A stretch of DNA of 63,522 nucleotides, counting the filler, from Octopus bimaculoides (taxonomy: Eukaryota), in NCBI RefSeq assembly GCF_001194135.2. It is 5 parts of 4 records of this genome, joined end to end, with 100 filler letters (N's around TTAATTAATTAA, not from the genome) between each part and the next. Parts side by side here need not be neighbours in the genome. Positions count along the whole stretch, not along the records: positions 1 to 11,810 come from NC_068983.1; positions 11,911 to 28,518 come from NC_068984.1; 3 more parts are not named here. One strand, 5' to 3'. Positions 1-12,314 of this stretch are shown here, one piece after another. Both the position numbers and the translations under genes were made by a program. Under the pieces are notes generated by a model. That model was not told the origin of the DNA. It searched no databases and saw nothing but the letters and a program-made list of their open reading frames with translations. Numbering within the stretch: position 1 is the first letter of the stretch; the number at the start of each line of letters is the position of its first letter.

Positions 1-32
<32 letters not shown>

Positions 33-39
33 GGACTTC

Positions 40-178
40 CTCGCAATTTTTATGTACTAAATTTGTCTACAAGGTTGATCGGCTCAGGGTTATAGTAGAA
101 GATATTTGCCCAAGGTACCGCTCAATGAGACTGAGCGACAAGATAGCAATTTGAGCTTCATGACACCACAGCCATACT
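40..178 (-). mobile_element. tRNA-derived SINE family A, degenerate head fragment
   Basis: Reverse-complement similarity to the head of the full copy at 43443-43845 (ttatagtagaagatatttgcccaaggtacc). Confidence 0.6.
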
Positions 179-723
179 TTCCTTTTTCAAATTTTATATA
201 TTTGTGCTATTGAATAGTTGATGGCATTTATGTGATTTTGTTTTAAATCACAGTTTAATTTTTGCTTACATAAATACTACCATCATAGAAACGGCGGATA
301 TTCATGATATTTGTATATGTAAGATGATTTGCATGTGAACCACGGGTAAATGTGTAAAACAATAACAGGGACTCCAGCACCAAAGAGTTTAGCTGCCTCC
401 GTTATGCAGTTTGGGTAACGAGGTACAGCATGAATAAATGGGAAAATATATGGTGTAGGGAGCTTATAGTGTACAGTGTCCCGATTAAAACAAGCAGAAC
501 AAGTTTTCCTCCCAGAGTAAACTACATCCAAACTGGTACTATTCATTTCGTCCTTATTTTTAAAGTTTTTGATTCGAGAAAGATCTGGGTATTATTTATT
601 GCAAGTCAAGTGATCGCATAGGAGCTCCTTGCCTGGCTGAGGAATGATTTAATCCTTGCGCAACCGGTGTGACTTTATATCCGTATTTGAGTGTATGTAT
701 GAATGTACACATACATGTGTGTG

Positions 724-786
<63 letters not shown>

Positions 787-2599
787 NNNNNNNNNNNNNN
801 NNNNNNNNNNNNNNNNNNNNNNNNNNNNNNNNNNNNNNNNNNNNNNNNNNNNNNNNNNNNNNNNNNNNNNNNNNNNNNNNNNNNNNNNNNNNNNNNNNNN
901 NNNNNNNNNNNNNNNNNNNNNNNNNNNNNNNNNNNNNNNNNNNNNNNNNNNNNNNNNNNNNNNNNNNNNNNNNNNNNNNNNNNNNNNNNNNNNNNNNNNN
1001 NNNNNNNNNNNNNNNNNNNNNNNNNNNNNNNNNNNNNNNNNNNNNNNNNNNNNNNNNNNNNNNNNNNNNNNNNNNNNNNNNNNNNNNNNNNNNNNNNNNN
1101 NNNNNNNNNNNNNNNNNNNNNNNNNNNNNNNNNNNNNNNNNNNNNNNNNNNNNNNNNNNNNNNNNNNNNNNNNNNNNNNNNNNNNNNNNNNNNNNNNNNN
1201 NNNNNNNNNNNNNNNNNNNNNNNNNNNNNNNNNNNNNNNNNNNNNNNNNNNNNNNNNNNNNNNNNNNNNNNNNNNNNNNNNNNNNNNNNNNNNNNNNNNN
1301 NNNNNNNNNNNNNNNNNNNNNNNNNNNNNNNNNNNNNNNNNNNNNNNNNNNNNNNNNNNNNNNNNNNNNNNNNNNNNNNNNNNNNNNNNNNNNNNNNNNN
1401 NNNNNNNNNNNNNNNNNNNNNNNNNNNNNNNNNNNNNNNNNNNNNNNNNNNNNNNNNNNNNNNNNNNNNNNNNNNNNNNNNNNNNNNNNNNNNNNNNNNN
1501 NNNNNNNNNNNNNNNNNNNNNAAAATTCCAAATAAAACCATATTAGACTTTTTGCAGTGTTCTACATATCCCTTCACTACACTTACAACACATTACGGTA
1601 CAACAATACTGCATTGCAGGATACTGAAATACATGAAAATAAAATACTACACCAGTAGTCTTCAACATTTTCTGGCTTTGTGTCCAGACCAAAGAAACCA
1701 CAACTTTCAAACACATGTACAACCGTATCGGTACATAAATTCAATAAGTAAATTACAACCAACTCTTAAATACGTAACTAAACAGCGACCAATCCATTAA
1801 GTCATACAAAAATTATAATCCCTACCGTCTTCCATAGTATGATATAAAAGTGAAAGCTTAATAACATTCATTCAATCAATCAATTTATAGGCAGAATTAA
1901 ACACTAACTTTAATAAAACTACAACAAAGAAACATATAAACCAATGTAAATTGTATTGGTACTAATAGTAAACTGCAATAACTAAATTATATGCTAAATC
2001 GCGACCAATCTTTAAGTTCATACAAATAATAATCCCACCAGTCTTCCATAGTTACTACTATAGTGAAAGTTACGGTTAGCTTTATATAAATCTCTCCAAG
2101 ATAAACACGATTGAAATTAATTTAACTAATAATATAATAATTATGAGTGAAATACATTATTTCATCATTCAAAAGCTAATAATAAGACACTACATACTCG
2201 TTAATATATAACCACTACAAGCTATAATATTAAATTACCAGTAACTAATAGAAACATTAAATTTTATTAAATAGGAACTAACAAAAGTACTTGTAATTAA
2301 CTATTATTACTAAACCTTGCTGTGTTTAAAGCTAATAAAAATTGTTAAAAGATAATAAAACTGCAAGTATTAACACTTACATGTTTCATCAGACATGCGG
2401 TTCCATCACCAAGAATTTAAAGGACCAACTTAAATATTGATAACGTAGTGTGTAATTACTACTTCCTGAATTGTCTCAAACAATATTGGTTACGTAGTAA
2501 GCAAATAACTCGAATCGTAAACCTTCCAAATCCTTACAAATATTTGCTAAGTCGAAGACTAGATATTACATCATATATATATATAAATATATATATATA

Positions 2600-2810
2600 G
2601 GGAGAATTCACAAGAAAAAAACAAAAACAACAGACGAAAGCAGGTGGTGTTGAAGACAAATTGATGCATTTGTATAACACTCGGGAATTGAGAAAGTCTT
2701 TAACGTTTCGAGCCTACGCTCTTCAACGGAAAGGAACACGGGAAGAAACAAGGAGAGAAAAAAATGTGTGTAGTGGTCAGCGATCTATCATGGCGAATAT
2801 ATATATTCAC
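2600..2810 (-). mobile_element. ~200-bp non-coding hammerhead-bearing element (Penelope-tail/retrozyme-like), copy 1, flanked by (TA)n
   Basis: Reverse complement aligns over its length with 4520-4730. (TA)n on both sides. Confidence 0.75.
2698..2733 (-). ncRNA. Minimal type I hammerhead ribozyme variant (core CCGUUGA)
   Basis: 5'-CUUU CCGUUGA A GAGC GUAG GCUC GAAACGUU AAAG-3': 4-bp stem I, 4-bp stem II, palindromic AACGUU helix III. Core deviates at positions 4 and 6. Confidence 0.6.
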
Positions 2811-3429
2811 CATGATATATATATATATATANNNNNNNNNNNNNNNNNNNNNNNNNNNNNNNNNNNNNNNNNNNNNNNNNNNNNNNNNNNNNNNNNNNNN
2901 NNNNNNNNNNNNNNNNNNNNNNNNNNNNNNNNNNNNNNNNNNNNNNNNNNNNNNNNNNNNNNNNNNNNNNNNNNNNNNNNNNNNNNNNNNNNNNNNNNNN
3001 NNNNNNNNNNNNNNNNNNNNNNNNNNNNNNNNNNNNNNNNNNNNNNNNNNNNNNNNNNNNNNNNNNNNNNNNNNNNNNNNNNNNNNNNNNNNNNNNNNNN
3101 NNNNNNNNNNNNNNNNNNNNNNNNNNNNNNNNNNNNNNNNNNNNNNNNNNNNNNNNNNNNNNNNNNNNNNNNNNNNNNNNNNNNNNNNNNNNNNNNNNNN
3201 NNNNNNNNNNNNNNNNNNNNNNNNNNNNNNNNNNNNNNNNNNNNNNNNNNNNNNNNNNNNNNNNNNNNNNNNNNNNNNNNNNNNNNNNNNNNNNNNNNNN
3301 NNNNNNNNNNNNNNNNNNNNNNNNNNNNNNNNNNNNNNNNNNNNNNNNNNNNNNNNNNNNNNNNNNNNNNNNNNNNNNNNNNNNNNNNNNNNNNNNNNNN
3401 NNNNNNNNNNNNNNNNNNNNNNNNNNNNT

Positions 3430-3462
<33 letters not shown>

Positions 3463-3599
3463 CATATAATTATAGGGTACATCCAGCACTCGCAAATGAA
3501 TATTCATTCATAACATGTACCAGAGTTTCTTGAATTATTTCAAGGCTTTATGTACTCACAATCAGACCGAAACACCGTCTGAGATTCCACGTCCATGAG

Positions 3600-3795
3600 C
3601 AATCAAAATAGCCATAATGTCCCCGCCCCCTGGTCGTGGACAGTGCTGCACAAACACTTTCGCAAGTGAGTAGACTTGGACAACGTGAAATAAAGTGTCA
3701 TGTTCAAGAACGTAAATCTACGCTCGGTTCAATAATTTGAAACCCCTGCTTTATGATTATGTGTCGAACACACCCTAACCACTAGGCCATGTACC
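3600..3795 (-). mobile_element. tRNA-derived SINE (family D), degenerate
   Basis: Minus strand begins ggtacatggcctagtggttagggtgtgttcgacacataatc (A-box-like). A related plus-strand head lies at 24960-25090. Confidence 0.55.
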
Positions 3796-4261
3796 TTCAT
3801 ATAATAAGCCTCTATATTTAGACAAGTTTGGAACTACTTTGATCATACATTAACCCGATCAGAGTTATTTTGAGGATGGAGATAATCAACAGAAACAAAT
3901 ATGTATTATACATAAACTGCCAAATACATAGGATGTATATAATTAACTATTATCAAATCGTGCCATTGCAAGCTTATAAAATTTAATCGGGAAGAAGGCT
4001 CTGCAGAACGGCAAATTTAAATGAGTCACAGTCGATCAAAATGTCATGAAATCTTGTCATCTGTAATTGGGTAAACTAATTTTACAGTCTTCATTTTCTT
4101 AGTAATATTATATTTTGGACTAATTCCGTCGAGGTCGACTTTGCCTTTCATCCTTTCAGATTCGATAATATAACGACCACTTGATCACTGTGGTCAATGT
4201 AATCGACCCCTATCCCTTGTATCAAACTTTGAAACAAATAATAATATTTTAGACTAAGACC

Positions 4262-4460
4262 ATGAGCTGGAAGAATAATTAGTATGCTGAGGAAAATGCC
4301 TAGCGGCACTTCGTCCGTTTTCATATTCTGAGTTCTGCCTAGGTCGACATTGCCTTTCATCCTTTAGGGATCGATAAAATAAATATCACTCGAGCGCTGT
4401 AGTTGGTTACATCGACTATATTTTCGCGGTCTCGCTGGCGTTGTGCCAACATTTGAAAAT
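4262..4460 (+). mobile_element. tRNA-derived SINE family B (CORE-like central domain)
   Basis: Contains gtcgacattgcctttcatcctttagggatcgataaaat, shared with many copies in the window. A further partial copy lies at 4110-4230. Confidence 0.7.
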
Positions 4461-4519
4461 AACTTCACACTTTTTGACTAAGGTGCGAACCAGCTGAAAC
4501 ATTACCACGCCAGACAAAA

Positions 4520-4730
4520 TACTTAACAATATTTCGTCCTAGATCGCTGACCACTACACATATTTTTTTCTCTCTCCTTGTTTCTTTCTGTGTTCCTTTC
4601 TGTTGAGGAGCGTAGGCTCGAAACGTTAAAGACTTTCTCTATTCCCGAGCGTTATACTAATACATCCATTTGTTGTTGACACCACCTGTCTTCGTCTGTT
4701 GTTTTTTCGTGAATTCTCCAATATATGTAT
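4520..4730 (+). mobile_element. ~200-bp non-coding hammerhead-bearing element, copy 2
   Basis: Inverted homologue of 2600-2810, ending in (TA)n/(TG)n. Confidence 0.75.
4596..4631 (+). ncRNA. Minimal type I hammerhead ribozyme variant (core CUGUUGA)
   Basis: CUUU CUGUUGA G GAGC GUAG GCUC GAAACGUU AAAG. Stems I and II pair perfectly and helix III is palindromic. Position 6 is U instead of A. Confidence 0.65.
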
Positions 4731-4804
4731 ATATGTATGTGTGTGTGTATATATATATGAAATCCTGAATTTAGTTCACGGATTCGCAGTTCTACATTTG
4801 ACCT

Positions 4805-4853
4805 GTGGTCAGCGGATTTCCGGGGTCCCCTGACAACAGGTTGGGAACCACTG
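4805..4853. mobile_element. hAT-like MITE end (solo terminal inverted repeat)
   Basis: gttgggaaccactg at 4840-4853 is the reverse complement of CAGTGGTTCCCAAC, a typical hAT/Charlie terminus. No partner end found. Confidence 0.35.
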
Positions 4854-6005
4854 CTCTAGTAACACATATAACAATTTAGTATTTTATTTTGCCACTGTTG
4901 TTGTTACAGTGTGTGTTGTGCTTGCATATCTATCTCTATATCTCTATCTATATACAAATATAAAAATACATTTATACGCATACAACAATCATGCATGCAC
5001 ATACAGATAACTTTACACAGACACGTAACAAAGATATACATAACCATTATTTGTAAATAGAATATATATAACAGTGCACACAAGAACCCCACCTCTCTCG
5101 CAATTTCTCATACATAACACACACACATATACACACGCAAGCATATACACACACGCAAGCAAGCAAGCAAATGCATATAAAGGCGATGGTGAGTTCGCAG
5201 TTCCGTTAGGTTTCATCGAATAAGGCTTTTCAGATAATAGACTTTAAGCTGCATTGCTTCACGAAATTTTGAAGTCCTGTTGTGTTAGAATATAATTCTT
5301 GTATTCTACTTCTGATATTGAGTTCTTTATTCAGTTATATTTCTTCTCAATACTATATATAATGCGTATCTATCATCTATGTGTGTACACCTTTGTGTAT
5401 GTGGCTTTTTACTTGGATGTAAATGCATTCATAAATTACTTACATGTATTTTTTTGTACACTTACTCACACACACACATACATACATACAATCATATATA
5501 TATATAAATGCATATATGTATATATATGCATATATATATAAGTATAAAGCGTATATGTATGTATATATATATATGAATATATATATATATATATATATAT
5601 ANNNNNNNNNNNNNNNNNNNNNNNNNNNNNNNNNNNNNNNNNNNNNNNNNNNNNNNNNNNNNNNNNNNNNNNNNNNNNNNNNNNNNNNNNNNNNNNNNNN
5701 NNNNNNNNNNNNNNNNNNNNNNNNNNNNNNNNNNNNNNNNNNNNNNNNNNNNNNNNNNNNNNNNNNNNNNNNNNNNNNNNNNNNNNNNNNNNNNNNNNNN
5801 NNNNNNNNNNNNNNNNNNNNNNNNNNNNNNNNNNNNNNNNNNNNNNNNNNNNNNNNNNNNNNNNNNNNNNNNNNNNNNNNNNNNNNNNNNNNNNNNNNNN
5901 NNNNNNNNNNNNNNNNNNNNNNNNNNNNNNNNNNNNNNNNNNNNNNNNNNNNNNNNNNNNNNNNNNNNNNNNNNNNNNNNNNNNNNNNNNNNNNNNNNNN
6001 NNNNN

Positions 6006-6065
<60 letters not shown>

Positions 6066-6659
6066 TGTGTGTGTACATACGTATACGTACATATGCACAT
6101 ACACACACAAACATTATTCACCCATCCCGCTCGCCTTCCATACATATCCATTCCCAAACACACACTCAGACACTTATGGATATAGTTCACACTACACCAG
6201 CAGATATTTTTTTCCCTTCCATACAATAAAACAAACACATAAGCAAGTATGCATATAATCACGCAGTACCGCCGCCGCGTATACGTACTCATTTATAATC
6301 AAAAACGTACACACACACACATACACACGCACACACACACAACCTCACATACGCATTGACATTCACACCCACATATACATATAAAGAATGAAGAGTGAAG
6401 GCACCCTGTCTGCTTAAATGTGATTTATGCCCAGTTTCTCTCATAAACATATCGATATATCAAGGCTTTCATGAAAGAATTAAAAGAAGAATGAAAGATA
6501 AGACACATTTCATTTACTTAAGACTTTGGGGCCATAAATATAGCGAAGAACAAGTGAAGGCAACCGGGCGAGCGTGCCTAGATCAGGTCAAAAATAAGCA
6601 GGATTTGGAGATAATAAATTTCTTTGTATTGACGTTGGAGTTCTAGTAATTTCTCAATA

Positions 6660-7980
6660 GTATGGGAAGGGATGAGGAACAGGAGAGGAAATACTGTTGA
6701 AAAGACAAGACAGGGGAGGGGGAGAGAAGGGGCGAGGGAAAGTGGGAGGAGAGTAAAAGGAGAGTAAGGGGGGGAGATAGAAGGTGAGTAAGGAGAGACA
6801 GGCTAAGAAATATGATGTCGGTGAAGGGGATGCTGCTGCTGCTGTTGTTGTTGTTGTTGATGGCACTGGTGGTGGGGAGACGTAGTACAGGCAATGGTTA
6901 AAGATGGAAATGATGATGGAGAGGAGAAAGAGAATGCTTGTAGCACTGGTGATGACGCTGACAGTGGTAACAATGTTTATGGCGGCGGTGGTGTTAGTGG
7001 TGTTATGATGGCGGTGGTTTTTTTGAGTGAGAAAATGTTTGGGTGTCAGGTTTGAATTGGTATTCGTGGTGGTATTTGAATAGTACTGGTATTTCAGTGG
7101 TGATGGTGGCGGTAGTGGTTGTGGTGTGGTTGTTGTTGTTGTGGTGGTGGTGGTGGTGTGGTTGTTGTTGTTGTTGTGGTGGTNNNNNNNNNNNNNNNNN
7201 NNNNNNNNNNNNNNNNNNNNNNNNNNNNNNNNNNNNNNNNNNNNNNNNNNNNNNNNNNNNNNNNNNNNNNNNNNNNNNNNNNNNNNNNNNNNNNNNNNNN
7301 NNNNNNNNNNNNNNNNNNNNNNNNNNNNNNNNNNNNGTTGTTGTGGTGGTTGTTGTTGTGGTGGTTGTTGTTGTTGTGGTTGTTGTTGTTGTTGTGGTTG
7401 TTGTTGTTGTTGTGGTGGTTGTTGTTGTTGTGGTGGTGGTGGTGGTAGTCGTGGTAGATTTGGAGAGGTGGTTGAGAGGGGGTTCTGGTTAAGTGATAGT
7501 GTTGGTTCATTGGTAATGGTTGTTAGTTATGGCGTTGCTTGTTGGCAGTGTTGGTATGTTGGTAGCGGTTGTGATAGTGGTTGAGTGGTTTTGGCGCTGT
7601 TCGAAATTGATAGCTGCGTGGAGTGGTGTTGTTTGGCAGTGTTGATGTAATGGTAATAGTTGTGGCGGAGATGGTAGAGCTGATTTTGCTGATGATGGTG
7701 GTGCTATTGGTGGTAGTGGCGGTGATGTTAGTGGTTGTGGTGATGATGGTAGAGGTAAGTGTGCTGCTGCTGCTGATGATGATGATGATGGTGTTCGTAG
7801 TAGTGGCGACGGAGGTAGTAGTTGTGGTAGTAGTGGCAGCGGAAGTGCTGCTGCTGCTGTCAATGGTGGTGGTTGTGATGATGACGATGCCGGCTGGCTG
7901 TATCAGGGGTGGCGGTGCTGGTAGGGATTATGGTAGCAGTGGACATAAACCGACAACTATTGGAGAAGAAATGATGGCGA
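6660..7980. repeat. Low-complexity GTG/TTG/ATG/CTG triplet-rich region with internal gap
   Basis: Runs of (GTT)n, (GTG)n and (GAT)n produce the poly-V/L/M/T ORFs. Confidence 0.85.
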
Positions 7981-8046
7981 AAGATTCAGGAATATCTATT
8001 ATGAAAATAAATAAATGGAAAAATACATATATTGTAAGATAGCGAG

Positions 8047-8340
8047 ACCTCCTCCAACCTTATTTACTGCATCAAATGTACCCTATGCAACCAACTCTAC
8101 GTGGGGCAGACGGGCCGCCGGCTGGCCGACCGTTTCACCGAACACATACGGCTAGGTTCGGACTCCCCTGTCGGCCGTCACTTTCAACTGCCCAACCACT
8201 CTCCCTCTAACATCTCCGTTTTTGGCCTCGCCCTGCACCATGGGTCCACTCCCTCGCGACTCCACTTGGAGCAACGCTACATTTTCAACCTTAATTCTTC
8301 TTTCCCCTTCGGACTCAACACAGCCTTCTCTTCCTTATGA
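8047..8340 (+). mobile_element. Penelope-like element, GIY-YIG endonuclease C-terminal fragment (5'-truncated, frame intact)
   Basis: Frame from 8047: TSSNLIYCIKCTLCNQLYVGQTGRRLADRFTEHIRLGSDSPVGRHFQLPNHSPSNISVFGLALHHGSTPSRLHLEQRYIFNLNSSFPFGLNTAFSSL*. Shows IY..C..C...YVG.T.R.L..RF.EH, the second His pair and the terminal P.GLN motif of PLE endonucleases. Confidence 0.9.
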
Positions 8341-9179
8341 CTCTCCCCTTTACGTCCCTGCAACACTTTACATANNNNNNNNNNNNNNNNNNNNNNNNNN
8401 NNNNNNNNNNNNNNNNNNNNNNNNNNNNNNNNNNNNNNNNNNNNNNNNNNNNNNNNNNNNNNNNNNNNNNNNNNNNNNNNNNNNNNNNNNNNNNNNNNNN
8501 NNNNNNNNNNNNNNNNNNNNNNNNNNNNNNNNNNNNNNNNNNNNNNNNNNNNNNNNNNNNNNNNNNNNNNNNNNNNNNNNNNNNNNNNNNNNNNNNNNNN
8601 NNNNNNNNNNNNNNNNNNNNNNNNNNNNNNNNNNNNNNNNNNNNNNNNNNNNNNNNNNNNNNNNNNNNNNNNNNNNNNNNNNNNNNNNNNNNNNNNNNNN
8701 NNNNNNNNNNNNNNNNNNNNNNNNNNNNNNNNNNNNNNNNNNNNNNNNNNNNNNNNNNNNNNNNNNNNNNNNNNNNNNNNNNNNNNNNNNNNNNNNNNNN
8801 NNNNNNNNNNNNNNNNNNNNNNNNNNNNNNNNNNNNNNNNNNNNNNNNNNNNNNNNNNNNNNNNNNNNNNNNNNNNNNNNNNNNNNNNNNNNNNNNNNNN
8901 NNNNNNNNNNNNNNNNNNNNNNNNNNNNNNNNNNNNNNNNNNNNNNNNNNNNNNNNNNNNNNNNNNNNNNNNNNNNNNNNNNNNNNNNNNNNNNNNNNNN
9001 NNNNNNNNNNNNNNNNNNNNNNNNNNNNNNNNNNNNNNNNNNNNNNNNNNNNNNNNNNNNNNNNNNNNNNNNNNNNNNNNNNNNNNNNNNNNNNNNNNNN
9101 NNNNNNNNNNNNNNNNNNNNNNNNNNNNNNNNNNNNNNNNNNNNNNNNNNNNNNNNNNNNNNNNNNNNNNNNNNNNNNN

Positions 9180-9634
9180 ACACACATGCACACACACCTC
9201 TCACATACACAATACTCACTCATATACATAACACATACGCACGCACGAAAACATACACAATATACACATACACGCACGCTCAAAAAATATACACACACGC
9301 GCACACGGAAACACATACAGACATACATAAACACACACACACCCGTACCTAACACTCACAATCCCCCAGACACACGCACATCCACGCATATACACACACA
9401 CGCACCCACCCACAAACACACACTTCTCACCAACACTACACACTCACACAGACACGCATACAATCATACACACATGGGCATAAACAACACACGCATATAC
9501 AATAGCAAACGCACGCACACACACGTACACAGCAACGCACATACACACAACATACACATACACACAAACACACACGCACGCACAGAAAACATACACATAC
9601 ACACACGCGCACATACAAAATACACACACACACG
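9180..9634. repeat. Degenerate (CA)n/(CACG)n microsatellite field between gaps
   Basis: Direct inspection. Confidence 0.85.
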
Positions 9635-10018
9635 NNNNNNNNNNNNNNNNNNNNNNNNNNNNNNNNNNNNNNNNNNNNNNNNNNNNNNNNNNNNNNNNNN
9701 NNNNNNNNNNNNNNNNNNNNNNNNNNNNNNNNNNNNNNNNNNNNNNNNNNNNNNNNNNNNNNNNNNNNNNNNNNNNNNNNNNNNNNNNNNNNNNNNNNNN
9801 NNNNNNNNNNNNNNNNNNNNNNNNNNNNNNNNNNNNNNNNNNNNNNNNNNNNNNNNNNNNNNNNNNNNNNNNNNNNNNNNNNNNNNNNNNNNNNCTCTCC
9901 TATCTTAGAAAGAACTTTTCCCCCACCACCTCCTCTTCCGGTCTTTTCATCATGTAACCTCGTGGGCATCGGTACCATTTTCCTCTTTCTCCGTTCTTCC
10001 ATTCTCCGAACTTTCCAT

Positions 10019-10053
10019 CTTTCCGACGAAGGGCTACGCCCGAAACGTCATAC
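10019..10053 (+). ncRNA. Decayed minimal type I hammerhead motif in a pyrimidine-rich PLE-type 3' tail (9895-10140)
   Basis: CCGACGA A GGGC UAC GCCC GAAACGUC A. Stem II and the GUC site are intact, core position 4 is U>C, and stem I no longer pairs. Confidence 0.55.
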
Positions 10054-10148
10054 ACTCTCTCTTTCCTTTCCTGAGCGTCCAATAATACTATCCATATCAC
10101 GTCCTCACTTTGTTGTTTTTTTGTTTTTTTGTTATTGTTTTTTTGAAC

Positions 10149-10204
<56 letters not shown>

Positions 10205-10249
10205 TGTGTGTGTTCATGTGCACACACGCACAGACATTGCCATAGGGAG

Positions 10250-10660
10250 TGGAAAATCCATTGCATGCGAGGCCAACATGTTGCTACCCACTTCAACAAA
10301 AAAGGACGTTCCATTATTCACTTTTCAGTGTTCAACATCTCCGTATACCAGGGATTCACATACTCAAGGACACAGGAAGAAGAACGTTTCATAATCGAAC
10401 TCGTCACGATGTCATTGACGGGTTTAAACAGGCAGTTTTTACTGTTACTCCTACACCACCTCTTAATTCAATAATCCCTTTCTTATTCTTCAACTCCGCT
10501 CTCACGTAATTCTGTCTGAGCCCAATTATCTTCCTCAGTTCATTTCTTCTTCTTTCTATCTCTCTCCCCAAGTTTCTCTCCCTTACTTTTTTCCTCCTGA
10601 CTGGGTATGAAGTCTACGCATTTTGCGTTCCCGATCAGTTTTTTTTTTCGTTCCCCAATC
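10250..10660 (+). mobile_element. Second Penelope-like GIY-YIG C-terminal remnant plus pyrimidine-rich 3' region
   Basis: HVATHFNKKGRSIIHFSVFNISVYQGFTYSRTQEEERFIIELVTMSLTGLNRQF resembles the PLE C-terminal pattern PVA.HFN..GHS.....V...........R...E...I..L.T..P.GLN..F. Confidence 0.6.
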
Positions 10661-10893
10661 AGTTGCCGCCAATTTCTCTAACGTAGAAGATAGAAAATTC
10701 TGCTGTCTTTCTTTAATCTTCCCCCTGTCAACCTTTCCCTTAAGAAGATCTCTGCCTGAAAAATTGGAATCTTCACTCCACGACAATATCACTATGCTCT
10801 TTCTGATCACCAGCCTCTTTGGATTGTGTTTTGTATATGTGTGTCCGTGTGTGTCCGTGCGTTGAGTACATGTATACACACACACACACATAC

Positions 10894-10941
<48 letters not shown>

Positions 10942-11439
10942 GAGAGAAGAGAAAGAAAGAGTGCGATATGTAAATACTTGAACACTTTTACAAATGATAA
11001 AGAAAAAGTAAGTTAAGGAAATTCAAAGAAATAGGGAAGTGTTTGTGCTATAACATTTGATAGAGAAAGAGAGAAAGAGAGAAACAGTAGTAGGAGTTCA
11101 AAGAAAAAAGAAAAAGCAGAGTAAGTTAATGAGAAAAATTAATAGGAGGAGGAAAGGGAGTCGAACGCGAAAGATCAGAAAAGAAAACGAAAAAAAGGGA
11201 AGAGCAGAATATTAACACGTGTAAAGACAATGAAAAGCAAAACGGATCATATTAAATTCTAACATAGATGCAAGGCTTAGAAAACTGAAGAGGGAACAAT
11301 GGATTATTAAAATCCAGGTTCTTGGTTAGTACCTTATTTTAGCGACCCTGTAAGAATGAAAAGCAAAGCTGACATTTCTCCTGGACTGAAATGTACACAG
11401 CTGTAACTGGATACAGCAAACCAGTTTGCTTCACATATA

Positions 11440-11670
11440 AATGTTTGTGTGTCGGGGTTTGTTCCCCCCACACACACACACCATTGCTTGACAATCGATG
11501 TTGGTGCGTTTACGTTCCCGTAACATAGCAGTTCGGCAAAAGAGACCGATAGAATAAGTACTAGGCTTACAAAGAAATAAGTCTTGGGTCAATTTGCTTG
11601 ATTAAATGCGGTGCTCCAGTATGGCTGCAGTCAAATGACTGAAACAAATATAAAAATAAAAGAATAAAAG
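11440..11670 (+). mobile_element. SINE family A, 3' half
   Basis: gcttgacaatcgatgttggtg...gttcggcaaaagagaccgatagaataagtactaggcttacaaagaa...gcagtcaaatgactgaaac followed by a (TAAAAGAA)-type tail. Confidence 0.85.
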
Positions 11671-11752
11671 AATTAACCGCTTGTCAGATTTTCAAAAGTG
11701 TACGTCATTACATTATATGGGACGTGGATGGATATGTATCGATATCTATCCC

Positions 11753-11810
11753 TCCCTCTGTCTCCCCCTCTGTCTCCCCCTCTGTCTCCCCCTCTGTCTC
11801 CCCCTCTGTC
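11753..11810. repeat. 12-bp tandem repeat (CCCCCTCTGTCT)x~5 running into the join
   Basis: Direct inspection. Produces the LCLP repeat ORF. Confidence 0.85.
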
Positions 11811-11910
11811 NNNNNNNNNNNNNNNNNNNNNNNNNNNNNNNNNNNNNNNNNNNNTTAATTAATTAANNNNNNNNNNNNNNNNNNNNNNNNNNNNNNNNNN
11901 NNNNNNNNNN
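11811..11910. other. Artificial scaffold join: 44 N + TTAATTAATTAA (11855-11866) + 44 N
   Basis: Exactly 100 bp. The 12-mer puts stop codons in all six frames and recurs identically four times in the window. Confidence 0.95.
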
Positions 11911-12029
11911 AAATATATATATATAAATGTATATATACTCACATAAGATATATATATATACATATATAATATATATATCTTACGTATATATACTCCTCAC
12001 ATATAAATATGCATTATTGTATCTGCATG

Positions 12030-12110
<81 letters not shown>

Positions 12111-12266
12111 CCAATCTATCTCTCTATCAATATATTAACTGAGTCTCAAGCTAAGCTAATACACTCTTTGTGCATGTCCTCTTGTTGTTCATTAATTTTA
12201 TTCATTTATTTGAAATAATTGCTTGTTTGAATTGATTGTTTATTTGAATTGACTCTCTATACAGGT

Positions 12267-12314
<48 letters not shown>

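Noticed and set aside
2378-2412. Minus-strand hammerhead (…UUGGUGA…GAAACAUGUA)
   Set aside because: The palindromic GAAACAUGUA is present, but the core has two mismatches and stems I and II do not pair.
6395-6646. 83-aa ORF MKAPCLLKCDLCP…
   Set aside because: No recognisable domain or splice signals, and within the length expected by chance.
11855-11866. TTAATTAATTAA as a piggyBac TTAA site, PacI site or homeodomain element
   Set aside because: It is always centred in exactly 44+44 N, so it is an assembly linker.
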